Shown here piece after piece: positions 49,673 through 57,874 of a DNA stretch of 64,000 nt. Every line of letters begins with the position of its first letter. Within the stretch, counting starts at the first letter, position 1. A program made the translations under genes and the position numbers. Source of the DNA: Pseudomonadota bacterium (GTDB lineage: Bacteria > Pseudomonadota > Gammaproteobacteria > Arenicellales > Arenicellaceae). The stretch covers positions 50,202-114,201 of the forward strand of contig JBCCFY010000010.1 of the NCBI GenBank assembly GCA_039110515.1. Reading direction: 5' to 3'. The notes under the pieces are model-generated. The model was given only the letters and a program-made list of their open reading frames with translations, had not been told where the DNA came from and made no database searches.

Positions 49673-50446
49673 ATGTCTAACATCCAATATCACGGAGATG
49701 GCAGAACAACTCAGTCCTGTATTGATGCCGTTCAGCGAATACTTCAGTTTGGCGGTTATATTAGTCTCGCACGGCTTCTAACTTGTAAAAACCGTCATGC
49801 TTTTTTTCTAACAATCGACGAATATCAAAATATTATTATTCAAGCTGGGTTTGCTTCTGGTTATGGCGGAGAAGCCCCAAAGGGCTTAGCAAGAGTTATA
49901 CAGCTAATTAGGTTTCACGGAGTGAAGTTAGAAGAGATAGATGTACCTCAAAAAGTTTTTAGGCGTATAGACTGCTGCAAGCTAAGAGATAAGGACCTAA
50001 AACAGATCGAGGAAACTCCATTTAAGCGCCCGGTATCTTTATACGATTACGTGTTGGAAGTTGGAGAACTAGCAGATACGGACCTCATGAGTTACTACAA
50101 ATGTGCAATCCCTTAGTCAACATTAGATACAAGGCTTTACGATTTGGCTTTGCAGCTAGATAGAGGTGATTCCAGTGTGGTACTTACCGCTTTCAATAGA
50201 CTTGAGACAATTTTGAAGGAAAGAACCGGCGGCGACGCTAAATCGCTTCGGTCTGCGGCAAGCGTCTTATTCTCAAGCGGTGGAGTAAATGGGCGAATTT
50301 CAACAACGGAGAAGTTGGTTACCTCTATATTTACCTTGTATAGAAATCCTCGGGCTCATGAAGAGCTTGGGCCGAATAGAGAGACTGATATCCGTTGTTT
50401 TGTGTTGATAAACGAACTGTTTCTACTAGAAAGAGATCAGGAGTGA
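49673..50446 (+). pseudogene. TIGR02391/Ymh-like protein (HEPN-type RxxxxH) split by one in-frame TAG
   Basis: The 49673-50116 and 50144-50446 ORFs share a frame: ...CAIP-TAG(50114-50116)-STLDTRLYDLALQ...YRNPRAH. Confidence 0.75.
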
Positions 50447-50820
50447 TTGCTATTTCCTTCAAGCATTGAACAATGCTTGAAGGCATATTCATATGAATCA
50501 TCATGCACAGAAACGTGTGACGCCTTCAGCGAGAGACACAGAGATAGGGTACTTGCACGTTTGGGGCATATCCTTTTCTCCGAAGGAGTACGATTAGAGC
50601 GACTAGTTTGCAGTTTTGCATTTACATGAAAATGATGTAAATATTGGTTGTGGTTAACGAGCTAGTGCGAAAGAGCTTGATAATATAACGCAGCTACAAT
50701 CAAGCAGGGATTTTCCAGATGGAGAGATATTCTAGTGGATTTGAATACAGGTCAAGTGATTTTCTTGGGAGCCTCGAGCTGAGTTCAATTTTGTGAATAT
50801 CAGAATTTAAAGAGGAGGGT

Positions 50821-51681
50821 ATGGATCGAAAAATATCAACCGTCAGTGATGCGCTAAAAATAGTAAATGAACTGCATAATCAACGACCGGCTCCTTCGGG
50901 TGTTCTTTACCGGGGTGTGGGTAGTTACAAATATAATTTAGAGCCTTCACTGTCGCGGTATCTCGCGCCCTCAAAACCGCTTCGGAACATGCGAGGCGAC
51001 TCGTTCAAGGAAGAGAGAATAAAATGGAAGGAGGTGTTCTCTAAAACTGAAAAAGGTCTTATTGAGGATTTTAAAAAATTGGCATGGCAGATGTTGTCCT
51101 ATAAACCAAAGAATGACTGGGAATGGATAGCAGTTGCTCAACATCATGGTGTGCCAACTAGACTCTTGGACTGGACAACCAATTTGTTGATAGGACTTTG
51201 GTTTGCCACAGATAGTTCGGGGGTGCATGCAAATATTGATGGTGGGTTATGGGTCTATACGCCTTTTGGGAGTCGTGATGGAGATACAGAGGACATCGGT
51301 GATACTGAGTGGCTTCTTGATCAAATGACCTCCGATCCAACGCATGAGCAATATATTGGGCCAACAGAGGTGAATCGCACACGCATCTACGTTCCAAATA
51401 ATCTCGATCCACGAATACAAATGCAATCTGGTGTATTCACGGCACACCAACTAATGCCGAACGATGGTTTTTTCGACCTGGTACCGCTAAACAAAAATGG
51501 CAGAGAACGCTTAAAGGTAAGCCGTATTCGAGTACCCAAGCGGGCTAAGGCCCAGATAAGGACCCAACTCGCGCGTGATTTTGGCTTGGACTTAACGAAG
51601 GTTTTCCCAGACGTTGATGGCGTTGCGCTCTCACTTAAGGCGGCTTGGGAGCCTACGGTCAAGAAAATTAAGAAAAAATAA
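50821..51681 (+). CDS. FRG-domain protein 1
   Basis: LYRG, AQHHGVPTRLLDWT, RIQMQSGVFT and VFPDVDG motifs; SD GAGGAGG. Confidence 0.9.
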   Translation: MDRKISTVSDALKIVNELHNQRPAPSGVLYRGVGSYKYNLEPSLSRYLAPSKPLRNMRGDSFKEERIKWKEVFSKTEKGLIEDFKKLAWQMLSYKPKNDWEWIAVAQHHGVPTRLLDWTTNLLIGLWFATDSSGVHANIDGGLWVYTPFGSRDGDTEDIGDTEWLLDQMTSDPTHEQYIGPTEVNRTRIYVPNNLDPRIQMQSGVFTAHQLMPNDGFFDLVPLNKNGRERLKVSRIRVPKRAKAQIRTQLARDFGLDLTKVFPDVDGVALSLKAAWEPTVKKIKKK

Positions 51682-51781
51682 GACAATCAAATTTTATGCA
51701 TGCATGACGGCCTCTCCAATTTGGAGATCAACCTCAGGAAGACGCATTAACTCATGAGTATTTACAATCGGGGAGTCAGGT

Positions 51782-52549
51782 ATGGCTAGTGTAGATAAAG
51801 AAAAAAGCTTCCAAGAAATAGAAGTTTCAACTTTTGACGAGCTGAGAGATCTTTTAGAAAACAAAATCCCAGAAATAGAGGACTTCGTCTTCCGTGGTCA
51901 AACAGATAAGAATTGGGATCTCAGTTCTACCCTCGATAGATTAATAAGACACGCGAGGGAAACCGGCGCCAAAACCGCATCAATGGAATCATTTGTGCAC
52001 AGCCACCTGGAAAGTTTCAAATTAGAGATTCGGGGTCGACGTGGTGATAACCCAAGTCAGTTAGAAGAAAATGAATTGTGGGCGTTAGGGCAGCACTATG
52101 GCCTCGCTACCCCACTACTTGATTGGTCATTATCACCCTATATTTCTGCTTTTTTTGCTTTGAGTAGTATCACTGCGGACGATGAAGGTGGAAGAGCCCT
52201 ATGGTGCCTTAATCGTAAAAAAGTAAATCAAATAAATTCTGGATTATCAGATACGCACCGATTGGAGCTTATTGTTCCGGATTCAGATGACAATAAGCGA
52301 TTACTGGGCCAGTCAGGGTTGTTCTCAAAAGGCCCGGTATTAGTGTCCGTGAATGAATGGGTTGATGATAAGACAGGTCCGTCGGCTTCACTAACTTTGA
52401 TAAAAATTGTATTTCCAAACCACCCGGAATTTCGTAAAGCAGCTCTTAAGAAACTGAATCTTATGAATATAAATCACTCAACGTTGTTTCCTGATTTAGA
52501 AGGCGCCAGCCTCCATTGCAATATTGTCGCGGAAGATTATGGCGTATAA
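51782..52549 (+). CDS. FRG-domain protein 2
   Basis: VFRGQ, GQHYGLATPLLDWS, RLLGQSGLF and LFPDLEG motifs. Confidence 0.9.
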   Translation: MASVDKEKSFQEIEVSTFDELRDLLENKIPEIEDFVFRGQTDKNWDLSSTLDRLIRHARETGAKTASMESFVHSHLESFKLEIRGRRGDNPSQLEENELWALGQHYGLATPLLDWSLSPYISAFFALSSITADDEGGRALWCLNRKKVNQINSGLSDTHRLELIVPDSDDNKRLLGQSGLFSKGPVLVSVNEWVDDKTGPSASLTLIKIVFPNHPEFRKAALKKLNLMNINHSTLFPDLEGASLHCNIVAEDYGV

Positions 52550-52728
52550 GAAAAAACATGCCAACGTTCGGTTTGTCCGAAAACCTTAATGTTGAGGTAT
52601 AAATTTGAGTAGGACTAACTGAGGATCATCTTCTCAACTACTGGGTGTGCCCGATTTGTTCCAAAACCAGATACACAAATTTGGTGAAATTCACCTTTGT
52701 GTAACACGATGATTAAAATTGGGGAAAA

Positions 52729-52774
52729 TGGTGGCCAGGGACAGAATCGAACTGCCGACACGGGGATTTTCAGT
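52729..52774 (-). mobile_element. att core: 3' half of tRNA-Phe(GAA)
   Basis: Reverse complement ACTGAAAATCCCCGTGTCGGCAGTTCGATTCTGTCCCTGGCCACCA covers the anticodon loop to CCA; the 5' anticodon-stem strand and D-arm are absent; about 150 bp from an integrase. Confidence 0.92.
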
Positions 52775-52894
52775 AAAAGTGGTGATGCATTTATTTGAAT
52801 GCAGTTTTATGTCTAATTTTGTGCGCTGAAATATAATCAAGGGTTTATAACAGGTTTGGGAATGCATACGGGTGTATCTATATGCACTAAAAAA

Positions 52895-52913
52895 GCTACC
52901 CATACGCTACCCA
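52895..52913 (+). repeat. Direct repeat GCTACCCA x2 (11-bp period), candidate integrase arm-type site
   Basis: gctaccca-tac-gctaccca between the att core and the integrase start. Confidence 0.5.
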
Positions 52914-52923
52914 GATAATCCGT

Positions 52924-54213
52924 TTGATGAGAGCCGGTCGGAATAGAGTTAAGTTTGTTGCAGAAAGAGTAAATAAGTTTTGCTGTCCTCCCGACAGAGT
53001 AGATGCTCTACTTTGGGATGCAGACGAGAAATCCTTATGTATCAGAGCTCGTAAGGGAGGATCTAGAGCTTACTATTTCCAGAGCCGATATAACGGCAAG
53101 GTTGTGAAGATTAAGATAGGTAACCTATCTGATAAAGCAGTTACCATTAATTTCGCCAGGAAAAAGGCAAGAAAATATCAATCACAAATCGATGAAGGCT
53201 TTGATCCGAGACAGGTGATAGCTCGGCGTGTCAAGGAAGCGAAAGTCGCGAGGGAAAAATCGAACTTGGCAGCAGTGAAGTTTGGAACTTTGTGGGATGA
53301 GTACGTTGATGCAAATAAAGTTCATTGGAGCGATTCTTATGCGCACGATCATGAAAAGGCTATGCGTGCGGGAGGGCGAAAGCGAAAGCGTTCATCTAGG
53401 TTGACTGTCCCTGGTGTTCTTTTTTCACTCAGAAACATCAAGATATCCGATCTCGATTCTGAACTTGTGATTGAATGGGCTCGTACTGAGGTCGTCCATA
53501 GGCCAACTGTCACAGCTAATGGCTATCGAATTTTCAGAGCTGCTCTCAATTGGGCAGCTGGCACACGTAAGTATAAATCTACGGTCAGGCCGGATGAAAT
53601 TTTCAAGAACCGCGAATTAAGAAGACTAATTCATAAGCCTAAGCCACGCAGAGATGTGTTGCTCCAGCAACACTTACCTACATGGTTTAGATCGGTACGA
53701 GAAAGTTGTGACCCGATAGTAGCTTGTTATCTGCAGGGCCTGTTGATAACTGGCGCGCGCCGAGAAGAAATGGCACAACTAAAGTGGGATGATGTCGACC
53801 TAGAATGGGACTCATTGGAAATCAGAGATAAAGTCGACGGGTCTCGGCAAATTCCGCTTACACCTTATTTTAAATTTTTATTGAGTGAGTTACCTCGCTA
53901 CAATGAGTGGGTATTTTATAGCCATTCGTCGCGCAGCGGGCGCATTGTCGACCCGTATCGAGCCCACAAGAGAGCATTAGACGATACGAATCTTCCTCAC
54001 ATCACGCTACATGGATTACGAAGAAGTTTTGGGACTCTTAGTGAATGGGTTGAGTGCCCTGTTGGGGTCGTGGCCCAGATACAAGGACACAAACCAAGCG
54101 CCATTGCGGAGAAACATTACCGTGTAAGGCCGCTCGACCTGTTGTCAGTTTGGCATCGAAAAATTGAAGAGAAAATCCTTGAGTTTGCGAAGATTGATTT
54201 TCCCTCTACCTGA
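52924..54213 (+). CDS. int: Tyrosine recombinase/integrase with an N-terminal arm-binding domain
   Basis: LLWD...L.IR...Y.FQ.R arm domain; catalytic TGARREE, HGLRR, QGH and KHY motifs. Confidence 0.93.
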   Translation: MMRAGRNRVKFVAERVNKFCCPPDRVDALLWDADEKSLCIRARKGGSRAYYFQSRYNGKVVKIKIGNLSDKAVTINFARKKARKYQSQIDEGFDPRQVIARRVKEAKVAREKSNLAAVKFGTLWDEYVDANKVHWSDSYAHDHEKAMRAGGRKRKRSSRLTVPGVLFSLRNIKISDLDSELVIEWARTEVVHRPTVTANGYRIFRAALNWAAGTRKYKSTVRPDEIFKNRELRRLIHKPKPRRDVLLQQHLPTWFRSVRESCDPIVACYLQGLLITGARREEMAQLKWDDVDLEWDSLEIRDKVDGSRQIPLTPYFKFLLSELPRYNEWVFYSHSSRSGRIVDPYRAHKRALDDTNLPHITLHGLRRSFGTLSEWVECPVGVVAQIQGHKPSAIAEKHYRVRPLDLLSVWHRKIEEKILEFAKIDFPST

Positions 54214-55322
54214 TGCCTGTTGTAACTTTCCAGCAACAATGTAACCAGGTTCTTGCTGAAATCCGCAAGGAGGCTTCTGCCAGGCGACTATGTAATTCGA
54301 AAAGCAAATCTACTAGATATGGTCGCCCATGGTGGAGTTTTTTGATCGAGTTAGACCTCTTGGGGGGGACTACAGGCCAAGATCAGACTACTAGAAAAAG
54401 AACCTATGACTTTATTAGACATGAATGTCAGTTCAACTGCGACAAGGCCTATGCCAAGCTATTGCACTTATGCCGGCAAGAGTTTAAGAATTCACCATTA
54501 GCTTACCTCACAAATCAACCCAATCACTTAGAGATAGGGTCTGACCTTCTTCGAGAAATTTGCTTGATTGTTGAAAAATTTACACCAGCACGAACCAGAG
54601 AGAAGTTCGTTGGTGTGAATGAAGATGTTTTTGTATTCAAGGCCCTTAATGATGGGGCGATAGTCGAGGAGCGTCTCAAGTTGAACTTCCAGACCAAGTC
54701 TCCAAGCTCTTTGCAGCGGATCGACAATAGTTTCTGTTTACTCTGTCACCGGCCGAAATCTGAAGAACGACGCTATTGTAATTTCCATTCGGGAAAAAAT
54801 GGGCGTACAACAAGGGATGCTCAAGCAAGATCTGATTACAGACGGCGCATTCGAATGATAGATCGAGTGTATCTCAATAGTGTTCTGGGAGAGAAAGGTG
54901 CGGCAGGATCCGTTACAGCATCGACGGATGAAAACCTCGTGGTGAAAGTTGCAAATGTAAAGCGAATCATGGCTCTATCGGGGCATCAGAGGTTGGTGCT
55001 TACTGAGATTTCAAGAATAAAGCTACCGGCCGATGTTCGGATAGATGATATGAATTGGCCGGATAAGCTATTGCCAATATTCAATACTCTTTACTTGATT
55101 CTGAGAAAATACCATTTTGGAAAACATGCAATATTGAGTCCAAGAATTCTGGATTTAAAATCAGGTTGGCAGCTTCCAAAATTGCTCTTGAAGGAATTGG
55201 ATCTTTTCAAAGAAGACTTTGAAACTGATCCTATTGTTCATTTTACTCCCAGTCTAGCGTTTCAAATAATACTTCGATTCTCGTACTTTCAATTTCTCAG
55301 AAAGCTAGAGAAAAAGGAATAA
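54213..55322 (+). CDS. Hypothetical protein with a CxxC...CxxH zinc-finger-like motif
   Basis: 369 aa; FCLLCHRP...YCNFH; TGATG 1-nt overlap with the int stop. Confidence 0.7.
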   Translation: MPVVTFQQQCNQVLAEIRKEASARRLCNSKSKSTRYGRPWWSFLIELDLLGGTTGQDQTTRKRTYDFIRHECQFNCDKAYAKLLHLCRQEFKNSPLAYLTNQPNHLEIGSDLLREICLIVEKFTPARTREKFVGVNEDVFVFKALNDGAIVEERLKLNFQTKSPSSLQRIDNSFCLLCHRPKSEERRYCNFHSGKNGRTTRDAQARSDYRRRIRMIDRVYLNSVLGEKGAAGSVTASTDENLVVKVANVKRIMALSGHQRLVLTEISRIKLPADVRIDDMNWPDKLLPIFNTLYLILRKYHFGKHAILSPRILDLKSGWQLPKLLLKELDLFKEDFETDPIVHFTPSLAFQIILRFSYFQFLRKLEKKE

Positions 55323-55403
55323 ATGTCACTAAATTGTTTTGCGATTCAGAAGGCCTTTCTCAGAATCCTTCCTATAAAAATACATTTAATTGAATCTAGC
55401 AAA

Positions 55404-55613
55404 ATGCCTATGAACACTAATAATCCTCAGAATCACACATGCACAACCGAACAACTCGCCAGTTATATGCTTGTTAAACCTGGAACTATCCGAGCACGAT
55501 ATTGTTCTGATGGCCATTACTATGGGTCGGTTCCAACCAAGCTTCCAAATGGCCGGCTGGCTTGGCCAATACCGCAACACGTACTAAAGGGGAATAAGGA
55601 ACACCAAAAATAG
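55404..55613 (+). CDS. Small DNA-binding protein, excisionase/AlpA-like
   Basis: TTEQLASYMLVKPGTIR...PTKLPNGRLAWP MerR-like HTH; ORF open from 55323, start uncertain. Confidence 0.7.
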   Translation: MPMNTNNPQNHTCTTEQLASYMLVKPGTIRARYCSDGHYYGSVPTKLPNGRLAWPIPQHVLKGNKEHQK

Positions 55614-55630
55614 CACAATCTACTGAATCC

Positions 55631-56425
55631 GTGGAGCCGCCTAAGCCGAAGTGTAGTCACACTTTGATGTTGATCCCAATTTTTGCTCTAAGCAAGAATC
55701 CAGATTTCGAAGTGTTCTCTTGGAACGATCTCGATTCGAAAGTAGAAGTTACACCTAGTAGTTCTGGCAGAGCTACCATTTGGGACAAAGACATTCTCCT
55801 ATTTTGTATGTCGAAGATCGTCAATGATTTGAATGATGGGGTTGTTCCTAGTCGAGTACTCTCTGTAAAAGGATCTGAGATTCTCCGATTCTGTAGTCGT
55901 GGAAGTGGTGGTCAAGATTATAAAAACCTCAGTGATGCACTGGATAGGTTGAGGGGCACATCAATAAAAACAGACATCAAGTCCCGAGACGTAGAATTTT
56001 CTGACGATTTTACGCTTCTCTCACGCGTGTCAAAGATGAAGATTGTTGGTAATGAAAAATCGACAAGAATACGAATAGAGCTTTCTGAGTGGATTTTCAC
56101 GCAAATGCTCGACCAGCACTATGTACTGACTTATGACCCCGGTTATTTCAAAATGACTAGCGCTATACACCGTCGGCTCTACGAAATCTTTAGAAAGCAC
56201 TGCGGTGAGCAACCAAAATTTCTAATTAGGCTTCGTAAGCTCTTTTTTAAAATTGGTAGTAAGGGATCACTGAATGATTTCAAAAAGGTATTGCGAAAAT
56301 CAGCAGACTACTATGACGAAATAAAAGGATTTCATTCTGGAATGGTGGGTCCTTATGAATACCGGTACCATGAAAGCAGGGAGATTATCGAGGTGAGGTT
56401 TCGTAGATGTCTAAGAGGTGAATAA
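55631..56425 (+). CDS. repA: Plasmid replication initiator RepA (RPA family)
   Basis: PIFALSK, GRATIWDKDILLF, GGQDYKNL.DALDRL.GT.I.T and RRLYEI.RKHCG motifs; followed directly by iterons. Confidence 0.88.
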   Translation: MEPPKPKCSHTLMLIPIFALSKNPDFEVFSWNDLDSKVEVTPSSSGRATIWDKDILLFCMSKIVNDLNDGVVPSRVLSVKGSEILRFCSRGSGGQDYKNLSDALDRLRGTSIKTDIKSRDVEFSDDFTLLSRVSKMKIVGNEKSTRIRIELSEWIFTQMLDQHYVLTYDPGYFKMTSAIHRRLYEIFRKHCGEQPKFLIRLRKLFFKIGSKGSLNDFKKVLRKSADYYDEIKGFHSGMVGPYEYRYHESREIIEVRFRRCLRGE

Positions 56426-56449
56426 CCTGTGGAAATGCTAGAAATCTGA

Positions 56450-56550
56450 CGGTATATCAACCCCGATATATTCGGTGTATCAACCCTGAACAACGGTATT
56501 TCGTCCCAAATGAGCGGTATATCAATCTCAAATTTCGGTATATCAACCCT
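56450..56550 (+). repeat. Five iterons, consensus CGGTATATCAACCC
   Basis: Copies start at 56450, 56473, 56494, 56515 and 56536 (spacing 23, 21, 21, 21). Confidence 0.93.
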
Positions 56551-56656
56551 ACTTGCATTGATATCTGATTGATTTTATTGCGTTTACGAAATGTATAACT
56601 GTTTAACCTAATAAATTAATAAAATTGTTATTAACTCATGTGGATAGTGTGGATAA
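56551..56656. promoter_or_regulatory. oriV AT-rich segment with tandem DnaA boxes
   Basis: AT-rich stretch (taataaattaataaaatt), then TGTGGATAG (56639-56647, one mismatch) and TGTGGATAA (56648-56656, perfect reverse complement of TTATCCACA). Confidence 0.82.
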
Positions 56657-56824
56657 GTCACTGGAACTGGAGATTTATAAGTGGTGGCTAATGGTCACCC
56701 TCAAGGTTAGAACTCTTAAGATCAGGTGGTGGCTGGAGCTCACTCAGAAGGCCTCATAATCGAATTGGAATCGTTATATTCATGGAGAATATGAATTTTG
56801 CCTCTAAATTAGAATCGATGAACT

Positions 56825-56833
56825 TGGTATAAT
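56825..56833 (+). promoter_or_regulatory. Extended -10 promoter element for ietAS
   Basis: TG-G-TATAAT 33 nt upstream of the TTG at 56867. Confidence 0.55.
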
Positions 56834-56866
56834 TTGATTTACAAACTAGGATATTTGGAAATCGTC

Positions 56867-57859
56867 TTGGCTAATACTAGAAACATTTTGGCAATGATCC
56901 GTAGTCGAGCCATTGGTGACGATGAGCAATTCTTCTCAATTGCTCTTCAGGTTGCTGCATCCGAGGCCAGGATGGGGCATCGAAGGATAGCTGAAGATAT
57001 TCGTACTGCTGTTGCTGAAGCTAGATCAACACGTCCTCAAAAAGCCTCTGTACCCGTCTCTTTTGCGAAACCGCGGGGGAATCTTGATGGTTTGTTGGAA
57101 CTTCGCGAAGCAAGATTTAGATTACAAGATGTAATTCTTTCAGAAGGACTAAAGAAGAAAATAGACGATCTCGTAAAACAACAAACCAGGCGAGACTGGT
57201 TAAGAGAGCACGGAAAAACACCAAACAAATCTGCCCTTTTAGTCGGACCACCTGGGTCAGGTAAAACTATGTCGGCGGAAGCCATCGCTAATAGACTGAA
57301 GCTCCCATTTTTTGTAATTAGATTAGAGTCTCTCATTACAAAGTTTATGGGAGAAACGGCGGCGCAGCTGCGGTTGGTCTTTGACGAAGTGGAATCTAAG
57401 AGAGGCGTTTACTTGTTCGATGAATTCGATGCTTTGGGAAGTAGACGCGACTCCAACAACGATGTTGCTGAGATGCGAAGAGTTCTCAATTCATTTCTTC
57501 AGTTTATGGAAACATCAAATACTACAGATAGCCTTGTTATTGCAGCGACAAACTTCCCCAACTTACTCGACAACGCATTGTTACGGCGATTTGATTTAGT
57601 CTTAAAGTTTAGTTACCCGAGTGATGAGCAGATCCGACAAATAATTAAGGACAATTTGCGCCCACTTAAGTATCCAAGGCTTGGTTGGAAGCAAATAATT
57701 AAAGACGCCAAGGATTTGAGCCAGTCAGAAATTGCACGTGCAGCGGAAGATGCAGTGAAGATGGCAATTTTAGATGAAAGGGATACACTTAAGACAAATG
57801 ATATCACTAACAGGCTGATAGAAAGAAAAGAGATGAAAGATGCTTTTACTGGAGTTTGA
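56867..57859 (+). CDS. ietA: AAA+ ATPase, IetA-like
   Basis: TTG start giving MANTRN...DDEQFFSIALQVAASEAR; Walker A GPPGSGKT, Walker B LFDEFD, AATN and ALLRRFD motifs. Confidence 0.88.
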   Translation: MANTRNILAMIRSRAIGDDEQFFSIALQVAASEARMGHRRIAEDIRTAVAEARSTRPQKASVPVSFAKPRGNLDGLLELREARFRLQDVILSEGLKKKIDDLVKQQTRRDWLREHGKTPNKSALLVGPPGSGKTMSAEAIANRLKLPFFVIRLESLITKFMGETAAQLRLVFDEVESKRGVYLFDEFDALGSRRDSNNDVAEMRRVLNSFLQFMETSNTTDSLVIAATNFPNLLDNALLRRFDLVLKFSYPSDEQIRQIIKDNLRPLKYPRLGWKQIIKDAKDLSQSEIARAAEDAVKMAILDERDTLKTNDITNRLIERKEMKDAFTGV

Positions 57860-57874
57860 AAATAGGGAATTATT

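Noticed and set aside
50447-50820. 60-aa ORF and short protein-like fragments between the TIGR02391-like and FRG genes
   Set aside because: Frequent stops in all frames and no identifiable family; possibly a remnant, but unsupported.
52729-52774. Functional tRNA-Phe gene
   Set aside because: Only the 3' 46 nt are present; the 5' flank (TTTT) cannot pair with TCCCC, so it is called an att repeat.
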